A DNA stretch of 64,000 bases from Candidatus Daviesbacteria bacterium (GCA_028687915.1 JAQTZF010000001.1:354634-418633), one strand, 5' to 3'; positions 27,277 through 38,093 are shown, counted from the stretch's first letter. Numbers and translations: made by a program. The notes: generated by a model from the letters alone, not told the origin.

Positions 27277-27895
27277 AAAAGCTAAAACTATTGAAAAGGT
27301 AGCTGTTTTTGGTTTTGCTGATGCTGCTCCGGAGAGTAAACTTTACAAAGATGCTTATCGTGTTTGTAAGGTGTTGGCAGAGGCAGGCTATACAGTTGTT
27401 GACGGAGGAGGACCTGGTGTAATGTTAGCTGCTAGTAAAGGTGCTAAAGCAGGACATGGAAAAGTCATTGGTGTAACTTTAAATCCACAAGATCTTACTC
27501 ACTTTGAAGGAAGAAATGATGAAAATATTGTTGATGAAGAAATTAAAACTACAACTTATATTGAAAGAACATTAACTTTAATGCAACAAGGTCAGGTTTA
27601 TGTAATCTTTAATGGTGGAACAGGAACAATTTCTGAATTTGCTATGGCTTGGGGATTGGCTAGATTATATTTTGGTCATCATAAACCACTAATTTTATAC
27701 GGAAATTTTTGGAGAAAGGTTATGAAAGCAATGAGTGAAGGATTTTTATTGCGTCCTGAAGAAAGAGAAGTTTATAAAATTGCAGATAATCCTACGGAAG
27801 TATTAAAAGCTATAAAAGAGTTTGAATGTGAAATTGAATCAGACAGAATAAAAGAATGTAAAATTAGCGGAGAAGACGGTTATAGTTTTTCTTAA
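27224..27895 (+). CDS. LOG-family (TIGR00730) Rossmann-fold nucleotide-binding protein / putative lysine-decarboxylase-like
   Basis: 'VAVFGFAD' ... 'VVDGGGPGVMLA' ... 'GGTGTISE'. The 5' end overlaps rpe by 53 nt, so the start is uncertain. Confidence 0.65.
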   Translation: METLEKIWKKLTKNLIVEKAKTIEKVAVFGFADAAPESKLYKDAYRVCKVLAEAGYTVVDGGGPGVMLAASKGAKAGHGKVIGVTLNPQDLTHFEGRNDENIVDEEIKTTTYIERTLTLMQQGQVYVIFNGGTGTISEFAMAWGLARLYFGHHKPLILYGNFWRKVMKAMSEGFLLRPEEREVYKIADNPTEVLKAIKEFECEIESDRIKECKISGEDGYSFS

Positions 27896-27897
27896 AG

Positions 27898-28710
27898 ATG
27901 GATGAAACCGAAAGATTAAATAAAACTGCTAATTTAATTAGACAGGATATTATTAAAATGTTGGTTAGTGCTGGTTCAGGACATACTGCTGGACCATTGG
28001 GTTTATCTGATATCTTTGCTGCTTTATATTTTAGAATCTTAAATCACAATCCTAATAATCCTGAATGGTCAGAAAGAGATAGATTGGTTTTATCTTGTGG
28101 TCATTATTGTCCTGTGCTTTATGCCACACTTGCTCATGCAAAATACTTTCCTCTCTCTGAATTATCAAGGCTTCGTAAAATTGGATCAAGATTACAAGGG
28201 CACCCACATCGGGAATCATTATCAGGGCTGGAAACTACATCCGGACCATTGGGTTCAGGACTCTCAGAAAGTTGTGGTATGGCACTTGCTGCAAAAATGG
28301 ATCACAAAGATTGGAGAGTAATTTGTATACTTTCTGATGGAGAACAAGATGAAGGTAATACATGGGAAGGTGTGATGTTGGCTGCTAAATATAAGCTAGA
28401 TAATTTACTGGCACTCATTGATGTAAATAAAATACAAATTGATGGGTTTACTAAAAATATCATGCCAGTAGAATCATTAAAAGATAAATATCACAGTTTT
28501 GGTTGGGAAGTTTTAGAAATTGATGGTCATGATTTTAATCAGATTATTGAAGCCTTCAGAAAGGCCAAAGAAATTAAAAATAAGCCAACAGTAATTTTAG
28601 CTCATACAATACCGGGTAAAGGAGTGCATTTTATGGAAAATAAATATGAGTGGCATGGTAAAGCACCTACTAAAAAGGAAGGAGAAAAAGCATTAAATGA
28701 ACTTAAATAA
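27898..28710 (+). CDS. Transketolase, N-terminal (TPP-binding) subunit of a split enzyme
   Basis: 'GHTAGPLGLSDIF', 'GHYCPVLYA', 'LSDGEQDEGNTWE'. 270 aa only; continues in the next gene. Confidence 0.85.
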   Translation: MDETERLNKTANLIRQDIIKMLVSAGSGHTAGPLGLSDIFAALYFRILNHNPNNPEWSERDRLVLSCGHYCPVLYATLAHAKYFPLSELSRLRKIGSRLQGHPHRESLSGLETTSGPLGSGLSESCGMALAAKMDHKDWRVICILSDGEQDEGNTWEGVMLAAKYKLDNLLALIDVNKIQIDGFTKNIMPVESLKDKYHSFGWEVLEIDGHDFNQIIEAFRKAKEIKNKPTVILAHTIPGKGVHFMENKYEWHGKAPTKKEGEKALNELK

Positions 28711-29665
28711 TAAAATGTTTGATAAGGGTGTTAAAAAAGTTTCCTCAAGAGATGGATTTGGAGAGGGGTTAGTTTTAGCAGGAAAGGATAATGAGAATGT
28801 TGTTGTTTTATCAGCAGATTTAGAAGAATCAACCAGAATAGATAAATTTATCAAAAAATTCCCTAAAAGATTTTTTGAAGTTGGGGTAGCAGAACAAAAT
28901 TTAGTAACAGTAGCATCTGGTTTAGCTGCTGTTGGAAAAATTCCATTTGCTACTTCTTATGCAGTTTTTTCTCCAGGCAGAAACTGGGAACAAATAAGAA
29001 CAACTATTTGTTATAACAATGTTCCGGTGAAAATTATTGGTTCTCACACAGGGATTAGTGTTGGTGCAGATGGTGCTACTCACCAGGCTTTAGAGGATAT
29101 AGCTTTAATGAGGGTTTTACCAAATATGGTAGTGATATCACCATGTGATTCAATTGAAGCTAAAAAAGCCACACAAGCTTTAGCTAAAATAAATAAACCA
29201 TGTTATTTAAGGTTATCCAGAAATGAAACTCCCATAATCACAACAGATAAAACACCTTTTAAAATTGGAAAAGCTGAAGTTTTTCGTGAAGGTACTTCTG
29301 CCACAATTATAGCCACAGGAGAAATGGTTTATTACTCTCTTTTGGCAGCAAAACAATTAGAAGAGAACAATATTAGTGTTCGAGTAATAAATGTACACAC
29401 CATCAAACCATTGGATACAGAATGTGTTCTAAAAGCTGCAGAAGAAACAAGGGCAATTGTTACAGTAGAAGATCATCAAACAGTAGGAGGATTAGGTTCA
29501 GCTATTGCAGAAGTTGTTTCTCAAAGATATCCAGTTCCAATTAAGATGATTGGAATAAATGATACTTTTGGAGAATCAGGAACCCCAGAGCAGTTAATGG
29601 AAAAATATGGTTTAACTGTAGAAAATATTATAAAAGCAGTTACCACAGTTATTAGAATGAAATAA
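28697..29665 (+). CDS. Transketolase, C-terminal (pyrimidine-binding + C-terminal domain) subunit
   Basis: 'FEVGVAEQNLV', 'GSHTGISVGADGATHQALEDIA'. Overlaps the previous gene by 14 nt. Confidence 0.85.
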   Translation: MNLNNKMFDKGVKKVSSRDGFGEGLVLAGKDNENVVVLSADLEESTRIDKFIKKFPKRFFEVGVAEQNLVTVASGLAAVGKIPFATSYAVFSPGRNWEQIRTTICYNNVPVKIIGSHTGISVGADGATHQALEDIALMRVLPNMVVISPCDSIEAKKATQALAKINKPCYLRLSRNETPIITTDKTPFKIGKAEVFREGTSATIIATGEMVYYSLLAAKQLEENNISVRVINVHTIKPLDTECVLKAAEETRAIVTVEDHQTVGGLGSAIAEVVSQRYPVPIKMIGINDTFGESGTPEQLMEKYGLTVENIIKAVTTVIRMK

Positions 29666-29684
29666 ATTTTGTTATACTTCCTTT

Positions 29685-30656
29685 ATGGAAAAACAAACTC
29701 CGGCTGGCAGATTAAATTACACTGGCAATCTTGAACCAGTGGTGAATAGATTATGCCAAGCGTATCAGGTTAGTAAGGCAACAGATTTTTCTGTAATCGA
29801 AATAGGTTATGAAGATTGTAATGTTTTTATTGGAACTTCCGAGAAGAAATATGTAGCTAAGATTTTTTCAAAAGCGAGAAGCTCTGAAGATATCACTCGT
29901 TATAGTGACATTATGGAAAGAGTTGTAGGAGCAGGAGTAAATCATCCAGCACTCTTAAAAACAAGTGAAGGCGGAATAGTTTATACAGATGATCAAGCTG
30001 ATGGGATATCAATGGTATTAATGCAATTTATTGAAGGCAAATCCTTTATGGATCTAGGAAGAACACCCGATCAGCAAGAGTTACAGTCAGTAATTGAGCA
30101 GGCTTCTATAGTGAATAGTATTGATTACCACCCGCCATTTATATTTGATTCTTGGGCAATTCCTAATATTTATAAAATGTTTGAAAAAGTTGGTCGATTT
30201 GTTCAAGCTGATGACCTGAAACTTGTAAAACAAGTTATTTCTCAATATGAGCAGATTCCAACTCCTAAACTTCCTCATGCTTTTGTTCATGGAGATTTTA
30301 CAAAAGCAAATGTATTAAAAGGTGACGATGGAAAAATTTATATTTTAGATTTTTCCGTAGCTAATTGGTATCCGAGAATTCAAGAATTAGCGGTAATTTC
30401 AGCTAACTTAATGCATAATGAGTCTAATGAAGGCTCGCTTAAAAATAGATGTGACTTAATTGCAGAACTGTACAGTAAGTTTGCTCCTTTAACCCAAGAA
30501 GAAAGAAAATATCTACATCCATATGCTTTAGCAGGAGTTGCAATGGAGCTTATGGGAGCGTATCAGGAAAAATATATCAATGGTAATGATACCGAGGAAA
30601 CTGAATTTTGGTTAAATCTTGGACGAAATGGGTTAAGAAAAGAACTCGAGAGTTAA
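29685..30656 (+). CDS. APH/ChoK-type phosphotransferase-family kinase, substrate unknown
   Basis: Brenner motif 'FVHGDFTKANVL' and 'ILDFSVANW' (DFS metal-binding). Confidence 0.6.
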   Translation: MEKQTPAGRLNYTGNLEPVVNRLCQAYQVSKATDFSVIEIGYEDCNVFIGTSEKKYVAKIFSKARSSEDITRYSDIMERVVGAGVNHPALLKTSEGGIVYTDDQADGISMVLMQFIEGKSFMDLGRTPDQQELQSVIEQASIVNSIDYHPPFIFDSWAIPNIYKMFEKVGRFVQADDLKLVKQVISQYEQIPTPKLPHAFVHGDFTKANVLKGDDGKIYILDFSVANWYPRIQELAVISANLMHNESNEGSLKNRCDLIAELYSKFAPLTQEERKYLHPYALAGVAMELMGAYQEKYINGNDTEETEFWLNLGRNGLRKELES

Positions 30657-30685
30657 CTGTTGCCTCAATGTCTATATAGTACCTC

Positions 30686-31378
30686 ATGAAGAAATATCAA
30701 ATTAGCGAAACAGGGAAACACAATAAAAAAGTGGTTTTTCTTCTAGAAGGATGGCATAGCAAGTTATGGATGTACTGGTTATTTTCAAGAATACTTTCAT
30801 TGAGGGGTTATTACTGTATTACATATGCTTATGATAGCGAAATATTTTCTCCAGACACACAAAAAACAGTTAAGTATTTAAATATAATTCAAAATGATAT
30901 TTTATTAAGATTAAAAACATTAAAAAATGAAGGCTATGTCGAATTTAATATTTTAGGAACAAGCCTAGGTTCAATGTTAGCATTGATGGTAGCAGATAAA
31001 TCTCCTGATATTTCCAAAGTTATTCTTAACACCATTGGTATTGATATTTCAGAAACAGTGTGGGGTTGGAATAAAATATATCCTGGATTTAAGGAGGAAT
31101 TAATTCGACAAAATTTCACACCAGATAAGCTAAAAAAGGTGTGGAAGTCAATTACTCCTGTTAATAATATTAGTAATCTGAAAAACAAGAAAATATTAGT
31201 TTATTTATCCAAAAAGGACGAGGTAATTCCTTATGATTTGGGTATGAGTTTAGTAGAAGAATTTAAAAAAAGAAATTATAAATACAGTTTGAAAGTAAAT
31301 AATTACTTAAAACATTTTTATGCAGGTTTTTACAATTTAATGAATGCAAAATATTATTTAAAATTTCTTGCTGATTAA
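30686..31378 (+). CDS. Alpha/beta hydrolase fold protein
   Basis: Nucleophile elbow 'ILGTSLGSMLA' (GxSxG). Confidence 0.55.
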   Translation: MKKYQISETGKHNKKVVFLLEGWHSKLWMYWLFSRILSLRGYYCITYAYDSEIFSPDTQKTVKYLNIIQNDILLRLKTLKNEGYVEFNILGTSLGSMLALMVADKSPDISKVILNTIGIDISETVWGWNKIYPGFKEELIRQNFTPDKLKKVWKSITPVNNISNLKNKKILVYLSKKDEVIPYDLGMSLVEEFKKRNYKYSLKVNNYLKHFYAGFYNLMNAKYYLKFLAD

Positions 31379-31905
31379 AAATATTGCTCTAATTCTAGGA
31401 TTTGTTTGATATTAAATTCATCTGTAAAATGGCCGGCGTCTTTAATTAGAATAAATTCGCCATTTAATCTTTTACTCATTTGCTCTACTGTAAAAGCTGT
31501 TATATATGGATCATTATCAGAGGAGATGCAATAAATTTTCTGAGTGTTTTCAATTACTTTTTGGTGATCAATTGCATCCGGCCAGAATAACCGATGGTTT
31601 GGAAATAAATCATTAAAATCCCAGCCAGCAATTAAAAATAATTTTCCTAGTTTATGTTTTTCTGTTAGGCGCATAGCCAGTAAGCACCCAATACTATGCC
31701 CAACGATGATTGTTTCCTCATCAAGGGGCAAGTTTTTTTCAATAAACTTAAGCTGCTCAGACATATCAGGTAAATCTGTGTGCATAGTAGGAAGATCCGG
31801 CAGGTAAACTTCATAACCTTTTTCTTCTAAAGTTTTCTTTAACCATGGGTAGAAGCTACTTGTAGTTTTTTGATACCAACCTTGTAAGATAAGTGCTTTT
31901 TTCAT
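31375..31905 (-). CDS. YdeN/RBBP9-family serine hydrolase
   Basis: 176 aa, 'IIVGHSIGCLLA' GHSxG, C-terminal 'DAGHF'. Confidence 0.6.
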   Translation of the reverse strand: MKKALILQGWYQKTTSSFYPWLKKTLEEKGYEVYLPDLPTMHTDLPDMSEQLKFIEKNLPLDEETIIVGHSIGCLLAMRLTEKHKLGKLFLIAGWDFNDLFPNHRLFWPDAIDHQKVIENTQKIYCISSDNDPYITAFTVEQMSKRLNGEFILIKDAGHFTDEFNIKQILELEQYF

Positions 31906-31914
31906 TTTGCAGGT

Positions 31915-32826
31915 TTAAATAACAATATTGATAGGTGTGCCTTTTATCCAATTTTCCACATTATCAATCATAATATCATTGGCTTTTCTGGCTGTGGCTT
32001 CTGTGTTGTAAGCTACATGAGGAGTGGTTACTACTTTAGGGTGGCTTACTAATTTTAAGTAATAAGGATTATCTGCTTCTGCTACTGGCATACCAGCAGA
32101 ATCATCAGCAGCTCCAGCTAAAATTCCTTTATCCAAAGCTTCAAACATAGCATCAATATCATAAACAGAAGAGGCTGTGATGGTAATAAAATAAGAACCT
32201 TTTTTCAAAGAATTAAAGAAACTAGTATCAAGCAAATTTTTAGTTGATCCTTCCGCTTTTAAGCAACTTACTACTACATCAGCATCTTTTACTTTTTTAA
32301 GTAAATCATCGCCTCTTTGAAAATAAGTTACATTCATGCTTAGCGCCTCACAAATTTTTCCAACAGTTGAGCCAATATTTCCTTTACCTAAAATAGTAAT
32401 ATTTTTACCAGCTAGACCTGGAGAGGTTTTAAAGATTTTTTCTTTTGGAGTATTAGTTATTCTAATCAGATGATCAAAGTTTCTCATTAAATAAATCATC
32501 ATGCCAATAATCCATTCTGAAACAGCTTCTTTATTGCACCCCGGGCTATTGGATAATGAATTTCCACCTGCCTTTAGTCTTGGTAGATCTAGCCAGGCAG
32601 TACCAACCATAGGAAGAGAAAAGTATTTATTTTTTAATTCATAACTTTTTGTTTCCATACCCACTTCACCAGTACAGATAATATCAGCATCTTTACATCT
32701 TTCTAGCCACTGCTCTGGGGTAGGGATGTCTTCATAAAAGGTTGTTTCTCCTAAGGATTTTAACCTTTTAATTTGGTCAGGGTAGAAAGCCATGTCTTGT
32801 GGCACAACAATTTTCATCTTATGCAT
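31915..32826 (-). CDS. D-isomer-specific 2-hydroxyacid dehydrogenase family (phosphoglycerate/glycerate dehydrogenase-like)
   Basis: 'ITILGKGNIGSTVGK' GxGxxG NAD fold. Catalytic 'R..D' and 'H' downstream. Confidence 0.8.
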   Translation of the reverse strand: MHKMKIVVPQDMAFYPDQIKRLKSLGETTFYEDIPTPEQWLERCKDADIICTGEVGMETKSYELKNKYFSLPMVGTAWLDLPRLKAGGNSLSNSPGCNKEAVSEWIIGMMIYLMRNFDHLIRITNTPKEKIFKTSPGLAGKNITILGKGNIGSTVGKICEALSMNVTYFQRGDDLLKKVKDADVVVSCLKAEGSTKNLLDTSFFNSLKKGSYFITITASSVYDIDAMFEALDKGILAGAADDSAGMPVAEADNPYYLKLVSHPKVVTTPHVAYNTEATARKANDIMIDNVENWIKGTPINIVI

Positions 32827-32901
32827 AGGATATCATATTTTATATTTAACTATAAGATTAACTTTTACCTACTAGACAAGTGGTTTTTTATTGTTGTATT
32901 A

Positions 32902-32918
32902 TATCCCCTACGGGGGGA
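32902..32918 (+). promoter_or_regulatory. CsoR-type operator: GC-rich inverted repeat ATCCCC-tacgg-GGGGAT, 12 nt upstream of the csoR ATG
   Basis: Strongly resembles the B. subtilis copZA CsoR site (TACCCTACGGGGGTA). Confidence 0.55.
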
Positions 32919-32929
32919 TTTTAGAGAAA

Positions 32930-33202
32930 ATGACTTACAGACCAAAAGATACACAGGAAAGAATATTGCATAGGCTAAAGATTGCTAATGGACACTTAAC
33001 AAAAGTTATTTCTATGATGGAAAATCACGAATACTGTGTGGATATTATTCACCAGTCACAAGCCATCCAATGTGCTTTAAAAGAAGTAGATAATTTAATT
33101 TTAGAAAACCATCTTAAAACTTGTGTTGCTGACTCCATTAAAAATGGTAGGGAAGAAGAAGCAATTGCTGAAGTAATGAACGTTTTTCGTAAAAAGGATT
33201 AA
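32930..33202 (+). CDS. csoR: CsoR/RcnR-family copper-sensing transcriptional repressor
   Basis: Conserved C-H-C ligands ('EYCVDIIHQSQAIQCAL'). 91 aa from ATG 32930; the track start 32891 is TTG and would cover the operator. Confidence 0.75.
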   Translation: MTYRPKDTQERILHRLKIANGHLTKVISMMENHEYCVDIIHQSQAIQCALKEVDNLILENHLKTCVADSIKNGREEEAIAEVMNVFRKKD

Positions 33203-33211
33203 TATATAAAT

Positions 33212-33565
33212 ATGGATAAAATTATTGTAACTATTTTTGGATTTTTAGGAATAATTTTTGTTTATTGGTTTTTTTTGATGAAAAAAAGTGAAGAAGTTAA
33301 AGCTGAAAATTCTGTAGACATTACTGTTAATGGAGGTTATTCACCAGAGGTAATTTCTATTCCAAAAGATAGAACTACAAAGATTAATTTTACCCGCACG
33401 GATCCTACAGATTGTTTATCAGAAGTAGTTTTAGGAGATTTTAAAATTCGCCGTGAACTTCCTTTAAATCAAAAAGTTACAGTAGAGATTACACCTACAA
33501 AATCTGGTGAGTTTGATTATTCTTGTGGTATGGGAATGTACCATGGAAAGATTGTGGTGAAATAA
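33212..33565 (+). CDS. Membrane-anchored cupredoxin-like domain protein (copper-ATPase-associated)
   Basis: N-terminal TM helix, then a beta-sandwich ending '[16 protein letters not shown]'. Stop overlaps the copA ATG (TAATG). Confidence 0.65.
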   Translation: MDKIIVTIFGFLGIIFVYWFFLMKKSEEVKAENSVDITVNGGYSPEVISIPKDRTTKINFTRTDPTDCLSEVVLGDFKIRRELPLNQKVTVEITPTKSGEFDYSCGMGMYHGKIVVK

Positions 33566-35796
33566 TGGAAACTAAAAAGACTTATTCATTAAAAGGTATG
33601 CATTGTGCTTCTTGTGTAAGAGTAATTGAAAAAGCTTTGAGTAAAGTTGATGGAGTACTGGAGGCTAATGTTAATTTGGCTACAGAAACAGCCAGTGTGA
33701 CTTTTGATTCTCAAAAAGTCTCAGAGGAAAAATTATCTTCTGCTGTTTCTCAGGTGGGTTATCAGATAATTACTGATAAGCAAGTAAAATCTGAAGACGA
33801 ACAACAACTAGAAAAGAAAAAAGAAGTTAATAATTTAAGAAATAAAGCTGCCTTTAGTTTATTTTTAGGATCTTTGATTGTCTGGGGATCTTTCCCAGGG
33901 CTTATGAATTTCTCTCCCCTATTTTTACAAAACTTTTATGTTCAAATGATACTCGCTATTCCAGTTCAATTTTGGGCAGGATTACAATTTTATAAAGCTA
34001 CAATTCCAGCCCTAAAACATAGGACTGCTAATATGGATACTTTGATTACAATTGGTACAACAGCTGCATTTATTTATTCAGTAGTGGTAACTATTTTCCC
34101 TCAGTTAGTGGAGAGTGTTGGTATTGAACCGATGCCTTACTTTGATGTGGCAGCTATTGTGATTGGTTTGATTTTACTTGGTAGGTATTTTGAAGCTAAA
34201 GCTAAAGCTGGGACATCTGAGGCAATAAAAAAATTAATTGGTTTGCAGGCAAAAACCGCTCGAATTGTTAAAAATGGTAAAGATATTGATGTTCCAATTG
34301 AACAAGTGGCTATTGGCAATATCATTCGGGTAAGACCTGGTGAAAAAATTCCTGTTGATGGAGAAGTTACAGAAGGAGAATCATCTATTGATGAGTCAAT
34401 GATTTCTGGGGAAAGTATTCCAGTGGATAAACAAAAGGGAGACTTAGTAATTGGAGGAACTATTAATAAAGCTGGAACATTAATGTATAAAGCTACCAAG
34501 GTTGGATCAGATACAATGTTATCTCAGATTATTAAATTGGTGAGTGAAGCTCAAGGCAGTAAAGCTCCTATCCAAAGAATTGCTGATTTAATTTCTGCAT
34601 ACTTTGTGCCAATTGTAATTATGCTAGCGTTAGCTACTTTTGTAATTTGGTTTGATTTTGGTCCTCAGCCAGCGTTTATTTTTGCCCTGTTAAATACAGT
34701 TGCTGTTTTAATTATTGCCTGTCCTTGTGCAATGGGATTGGCTACACCAACGGCCATTATGGTAGGTGTTGGATTAGGGGCTGAAAATGGAATCTTAATT
34801 AAAGATGCTGAAAGCCTGGAAACAGCACACAAGATTCAAACAATTATTTTTGATAAAACAGGGACTTTAACAGAAGGTAAACCAATTGTGACAGATATTA
34901 TAGTAAGCCAAAAATCAAAAGTTAAAAGTCAAAATTTATTGCAGTTGGCTGCATCGATTGAAAAAGGGTCTGAACATTCTTTGGCTGATGCAATTGTTCA
35001 AAAAGCAGAGGAAGAGAAACTTATATTAGATAAAGTAGTTAGTTTTAAAGCAGTTCCAGGCCATGGTGTGGAAGGAATTGTTGGTAAAATTAAAATCTTT
35101 TTAGGAAATAGAAAACTAATGGATAGGGAAAAGATTTCGATTGAAGAATTAAGATCTAAGATTGAAGAATTGGAAAGTAATGGAAAAACGGTAATGATAA
35201 TTGGATTAGATGGAAAGGTGGCCGGGCTTATTGCGGTTGCTGATACATTAAAAGCTTCTTCTAAAGAAGCTGTTGCTAAGTTAAACAGCATGGGTATTGA
35301 GACAGTCATGATCACAGGTGATAATGAAAGAACTGCCAAGGCTATTGCTAAGCAAGCTGGAATTACCAGGATTTTGGCAGAAGTCTTACCTGATGGTAAA
35401 GAAAAAGAAGTAAGAAAGATTCAAAGTGAAGGCAAAGTTGTAGCTATGGTAGGTGATGGGATAAATGATGCTCCGGCGTTAGCTGCTGCAGATGTTGGTA
35501 TTGCTATGGGAACAGGAACAGATGTAGCTATTGAAGCAGCAGATATTACTTTAATAAGTAAAGATTTAAAGGCTGTAGCTTCTGCTATTGTTCTTTCTAA
35601 AAAAACCATGAAGACGATAAAGATGAATTTGTTTTGGGCTTTCGGGTATAATGTCATCCTGATACCTGTAGCTATGGGGGTGCTTTATCCAATTTGGGGT
35701 ATTTTACTTAACCCTGTATTTGCATCAGCAGCTATGGCTATGAGTTCAGTTTCTGTAGTTAGTAACTCGTTATTATTAAAAAGGATCAAAATTTAA
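33565..35796 (+). CDS. copA: Copper-translocating P1B-type ATPase
   Basis: HMA 'GMHCASCV', TM6 'CPC', 'DKTGTLT', 'GDGINDAP'. The ATG at 33565 is preferred over the track start at 33523. Confidence 0.9.
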   Translation: METKKTYSLKGMHCASCVRVIEKALSKVDGVLEANVNLATETASVTFDSQKVSEEKLSSAVSQVGYQIITDKQVKSEDEQQLEKKKEVNNLRNKAAFSLFLGSLIVWGSFPGLMNFSPLFLQNFYVQMILAIPVQFWAGLQFYKATIPALKHRTANMDTLITIGTTAAFIYSVVVTIFPQLVESVGIEPMPYFDVAAIVIGLILLGRYFEAKAKAGTSEAIKKLIGLQAKTARIVKNGKDIDVPIEQVAIGNIIRVRPGEKIPVDGEVTEGESSIDESMISGESIPVDKQKGDLVIGGTINKAGTLMYKATKVGSDTMLSQIIKLVSEAQGSKAPIQRIADLISAYFVPIVIMLALATFVIWFDFGPQPAFIFALLNTVAVLIIACPCAMGLATPTAIMVGVGLGAENGILIKDAESLETAHKIQTIIFDKTGTLTEGKPIVTDIIVSQKSKVKSQNLLQLAASIEKGSEHSLADAIVQKAEEEKLILDKVVSFKAVPGHGVEGIVGKIKIFLGNRKLMDREKISIEELRSKIEELESNGKTVMIIGLDGKVAGLIAVADTLKASSKEAVAKLNSMGIETVMITGDNERTAKAIAKQAGITRILAEVLPDGKEKEVRKIQSEGKVVAMVGDGINDAPALAAADVGIAMGTGTDVAIEAADITLISKDLKAVASAIVLSKKTMKTIKMNLFWAFGYNVILIPVAMGVLYPIWGILLNPVFASAAMAMSSVSVVSNSLLLKRIKI

Positions 35797-35804
35797 TCAA
35801 AATT

Positions 35805-36797
35805 ATGGATTTATTTACTATATTTTTTATTGGTTTAACAGCAGGAGGATTTGGTTGTGTAGCCTTACAAGGAGGTCTATTAACTTCGGCTATTGCTTCC
35901 CGTAGTGAGACTAAAGGTTCAGAAAAAAGTGATTTTATTCCAACCCTGGCATTTTTAGCTGCTAAATTAGTTGTTTATGCTTTATTTGGTGCTATTTTAG
36001 GATTATTTGGTTCAGCTCTATCAATTTCAGATTCATTGCGTATTGTTTTACAAATTGTGGCAGGACTATACATGATAATAATTGGTTTAAGCCTTTTGAA
36101 TGTTCATCCGTTTTTTCGCTATTTTATTATTCAGCCACCTCGTTTTGTAGCCAGATTGGTAAAAAATCAATCTAAAAGTGCTGATATTTTTGCTCCCGCA
36201 ATACTTGGTGCTATGACTATCTTCATTCCCTGTGGAACAACTTTGGCAATGGAAGCTTTAGCCATTTCATCAGGAAGCGCAATTAATGGAGCTCTGATTT
36301 TAAGTGCCTTTGTTTTAGGGACATCTCCAATCTTTTTTGGTCTTGGTATAATTACTGCCAAACTTTCTGATAATTTTAGACAAACATTTTTTAAGTTAGC
36401 TGCTATTATTATCATTTTTATAGGAGCTTCAACTGTTTATAGTTCTTGGGGCTTGGCTGGTTTACCAACTTTAAGTTGGGGATCAGATGAACAAAGTGGA
36501 CAAACTCAACAAGTGAGTAACGAGGCCACAAAACAGGATTACAAAATTGAAATATTAAATGGTGGATATGAACCAGGTTATATCAGGGTCAAAAAAGGTT
36601 TACCAGTTAAACTAACTCTTGTATCAAACAATGTTTATAGTTGTGCATTGGCTTTTCGGATTTCGGCTTTTAATATATCTATAAACCTGAAACCAACAGA
36701 TTCACAGGTAGTTGAGTTTACTCCTACTAAAACAGGAACATTTGCCTACACTTGTTCTATGGGAATGTATAGAGGAGTGATTGAGGTGGTGGAATGA
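35805..36797 (+). CDS. CcdA/DsbD-like (two TM cysteines) membrane protein fused to a C-terminal cupredoxin-like domain
   Basis: TM Cys residues in 'GGFGCVAL' and 'IFIPCGTTLA'. The C-terminus 'FAYTCSMGMYRGVIEVVE' parallels the end of 33212..33565. Confidence 0.5.
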   Translation: MDLFTIFFIGLTAGGFGCVALQGGLLTSAIASRSETKGSEKSDFIPTLAFLAAKLVVYALFGAILGLFGSALSISDSLRIVLQIVAGLYMIIIGLSLLNVHPFFRYFIIQPPRFVARLVKNQSKSADIFAPAILGAMTIFIPCGTTLAMEALAISSGSAINGALILSAFVLGTSPIFFGLGIITAKLSDNFRQTFFKLAAIIIIFIGASTVYSSWGLAGLPTLSWGSDEQSGQTQQVSNEATKQDYKIEILNGGYEPGYIRVKKGLPVKLTLVSNNVYSCALAFRISAFNISINLKPTDSQVVEFTPTKTGTFAYTCSMGMYRGVIEVVE

Positions 36798-37012
36798 TAA
36801 AAAAGAAATTTAAAATTGAGGGTATGCACTGTACCTCTTGTGCTATGTCTATAGATATGGATTTAGAGGATTTAGAAGGTGTAGTTAATTGTAAAACCTC
36901 TTATGCTAAAGGTGAAACGGAGTGTGAATTTGATTCAAATAAAGTTTCAGAAGAAAAAATATTAGAAACTATCAAAAAATCTGGCTATAACGCTTCTTCT
37001 AAAGTAAATTAA
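36794..37012 (+). CDS. copZ: Copper chaperone CopZ (HMA domain)
   Basis: 'GMHCTSCAMSI' MxCxxC motif. 72 aa. Confidence 0.8.
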   Translation: MIKKKFKIEGMHCTSCAMSIDMDLEDLEGVVNCKTSYAKGETECEFDSNKVSEEKILETIKKSGYNASSKVN

Positions 37013-37112
37013 TTTAACTCGTCTGTTAGTGATAGACTCGTTAAATATCTTGAACCCAAAATTTATGATTTAAAGTTGTACATTAAAGTGTTTTGGGTAT
37101 AGACTAATAATA

Positions 37113-38093
37113 ATGTTTGATTTAATTTCTCTTGGTGATGGTGCTGTAGATCATTTTTTTAAGATTTCTGATGCTCATGTTGAGGAAGAAAAAAGTGGAG
37201 ATGAATTATGTTTAACACTTGGAACTAAACTACCTGTAGAAACATATCAGCAAATTTTAGGAGGGAATAATGCTAATAATGCTGTGGGAGCTACCAGGTT
37301 GGGACTAAAAACAGCAATATATTTAAATATTGGAGAAGATTTAGCAGGGCAATTTACTTTATCTAAATTAAAAGAAGAGGGTGTAGATAGCAGATATGTA
37401 GTAAAAAATAAGGGTTTGGATTCTAATGTATCTGCTTTAATCAGCTTTAAAGGAGAAAGGACTATTCTAACTTACCATCAGGATTTTAAGTATGAATTAC
37501 CAGATTTGGATAAAGCACGTTGGGTTTATTTAAGTTCTATGGGAAAATCTGCCCAAAATAGTCATTTTATGGGACAGATTGAAAACTATCTGGAAAGAAC
37601 ATCTGGTTTGTTATTCTATAATCCCGGAACAATGGAATTATCAAGGGGCTTAACTAAGTTTCCTAAGCTTTTATCTTTAACAAAAGTTTTAATTTTAAAT
37701 CTGCAGGAAGCAGAACTTGTTTTAAATATTAAACCTGAGGAGAAAAAGGATATAAAACATATACTAAAAAGCCTTGTTAATTTGGGTCCCAGGATGGCAG
37801 TTGTAACTGATGGAGTGGAAGGGTCCTATGGATATGATGGAGAAGATTATTGGAAATTAGGAATCTTTCCTGCTAAGTTAATCGATATGACTGGTGCCGG
37901 AGATTCGTATGCCACAGGTCTTTTGGCGGGCATATTTTACAATAATAATTTATCTGAGGCAATGAGGTGGGGAGCTGCAAATGGAGCCTCTGTGGTGGAG
38001 AAAATTGGTCCTCAGGCAGGATTGCTTAGTTATCAACAAATCCAAGAAAAATTAAAAGAACATAGTAAAATAACTGCTCAAAAATTAAGTTAA
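37113..38093 (+). CDS. PfkB-family carbohydrate kinase (ribokinase-like)
   Basis: 'DMTGAGDSYATGLLAG' (DTxGAGD anion hole) and an N-terminal GG motif. Confidence 0.8.
   Translation: MFDLISLGDGAVDHFFKISDAHVEEEKSGDELCLTLGTKLPVETYQQILGGNNANNAVGATRLGLKTAIYLNIGEDLAGQFTLSKLKEEGVDSRYVVKNKGLDSNVSALISFKGERTILTYHQDFKYELPDLDKARWVYLSSMGKSAQNSHFMGQIENYLERTSGLLFYNPGTMELSRGLTKFPKLLSLTKVLILNLQEAELVLNIKPEEKKDIKHILKSLVNLGPRMAVVTDGVEGSYGYDGEDYWKLGIFPAKLIDMTGAGDSYATGLLAGIFYNNNLSEAMRWGAANGASVVEKIGPQAGLLSYQQIQEKLKEHSKITAQKLS

Noticed and set aside
32891-32929. N-terminal 13-aa extension of csoR from a TTG start
   Set aside because: It would translate through the CsoR operator palindrome. An ATG follows at 32930.
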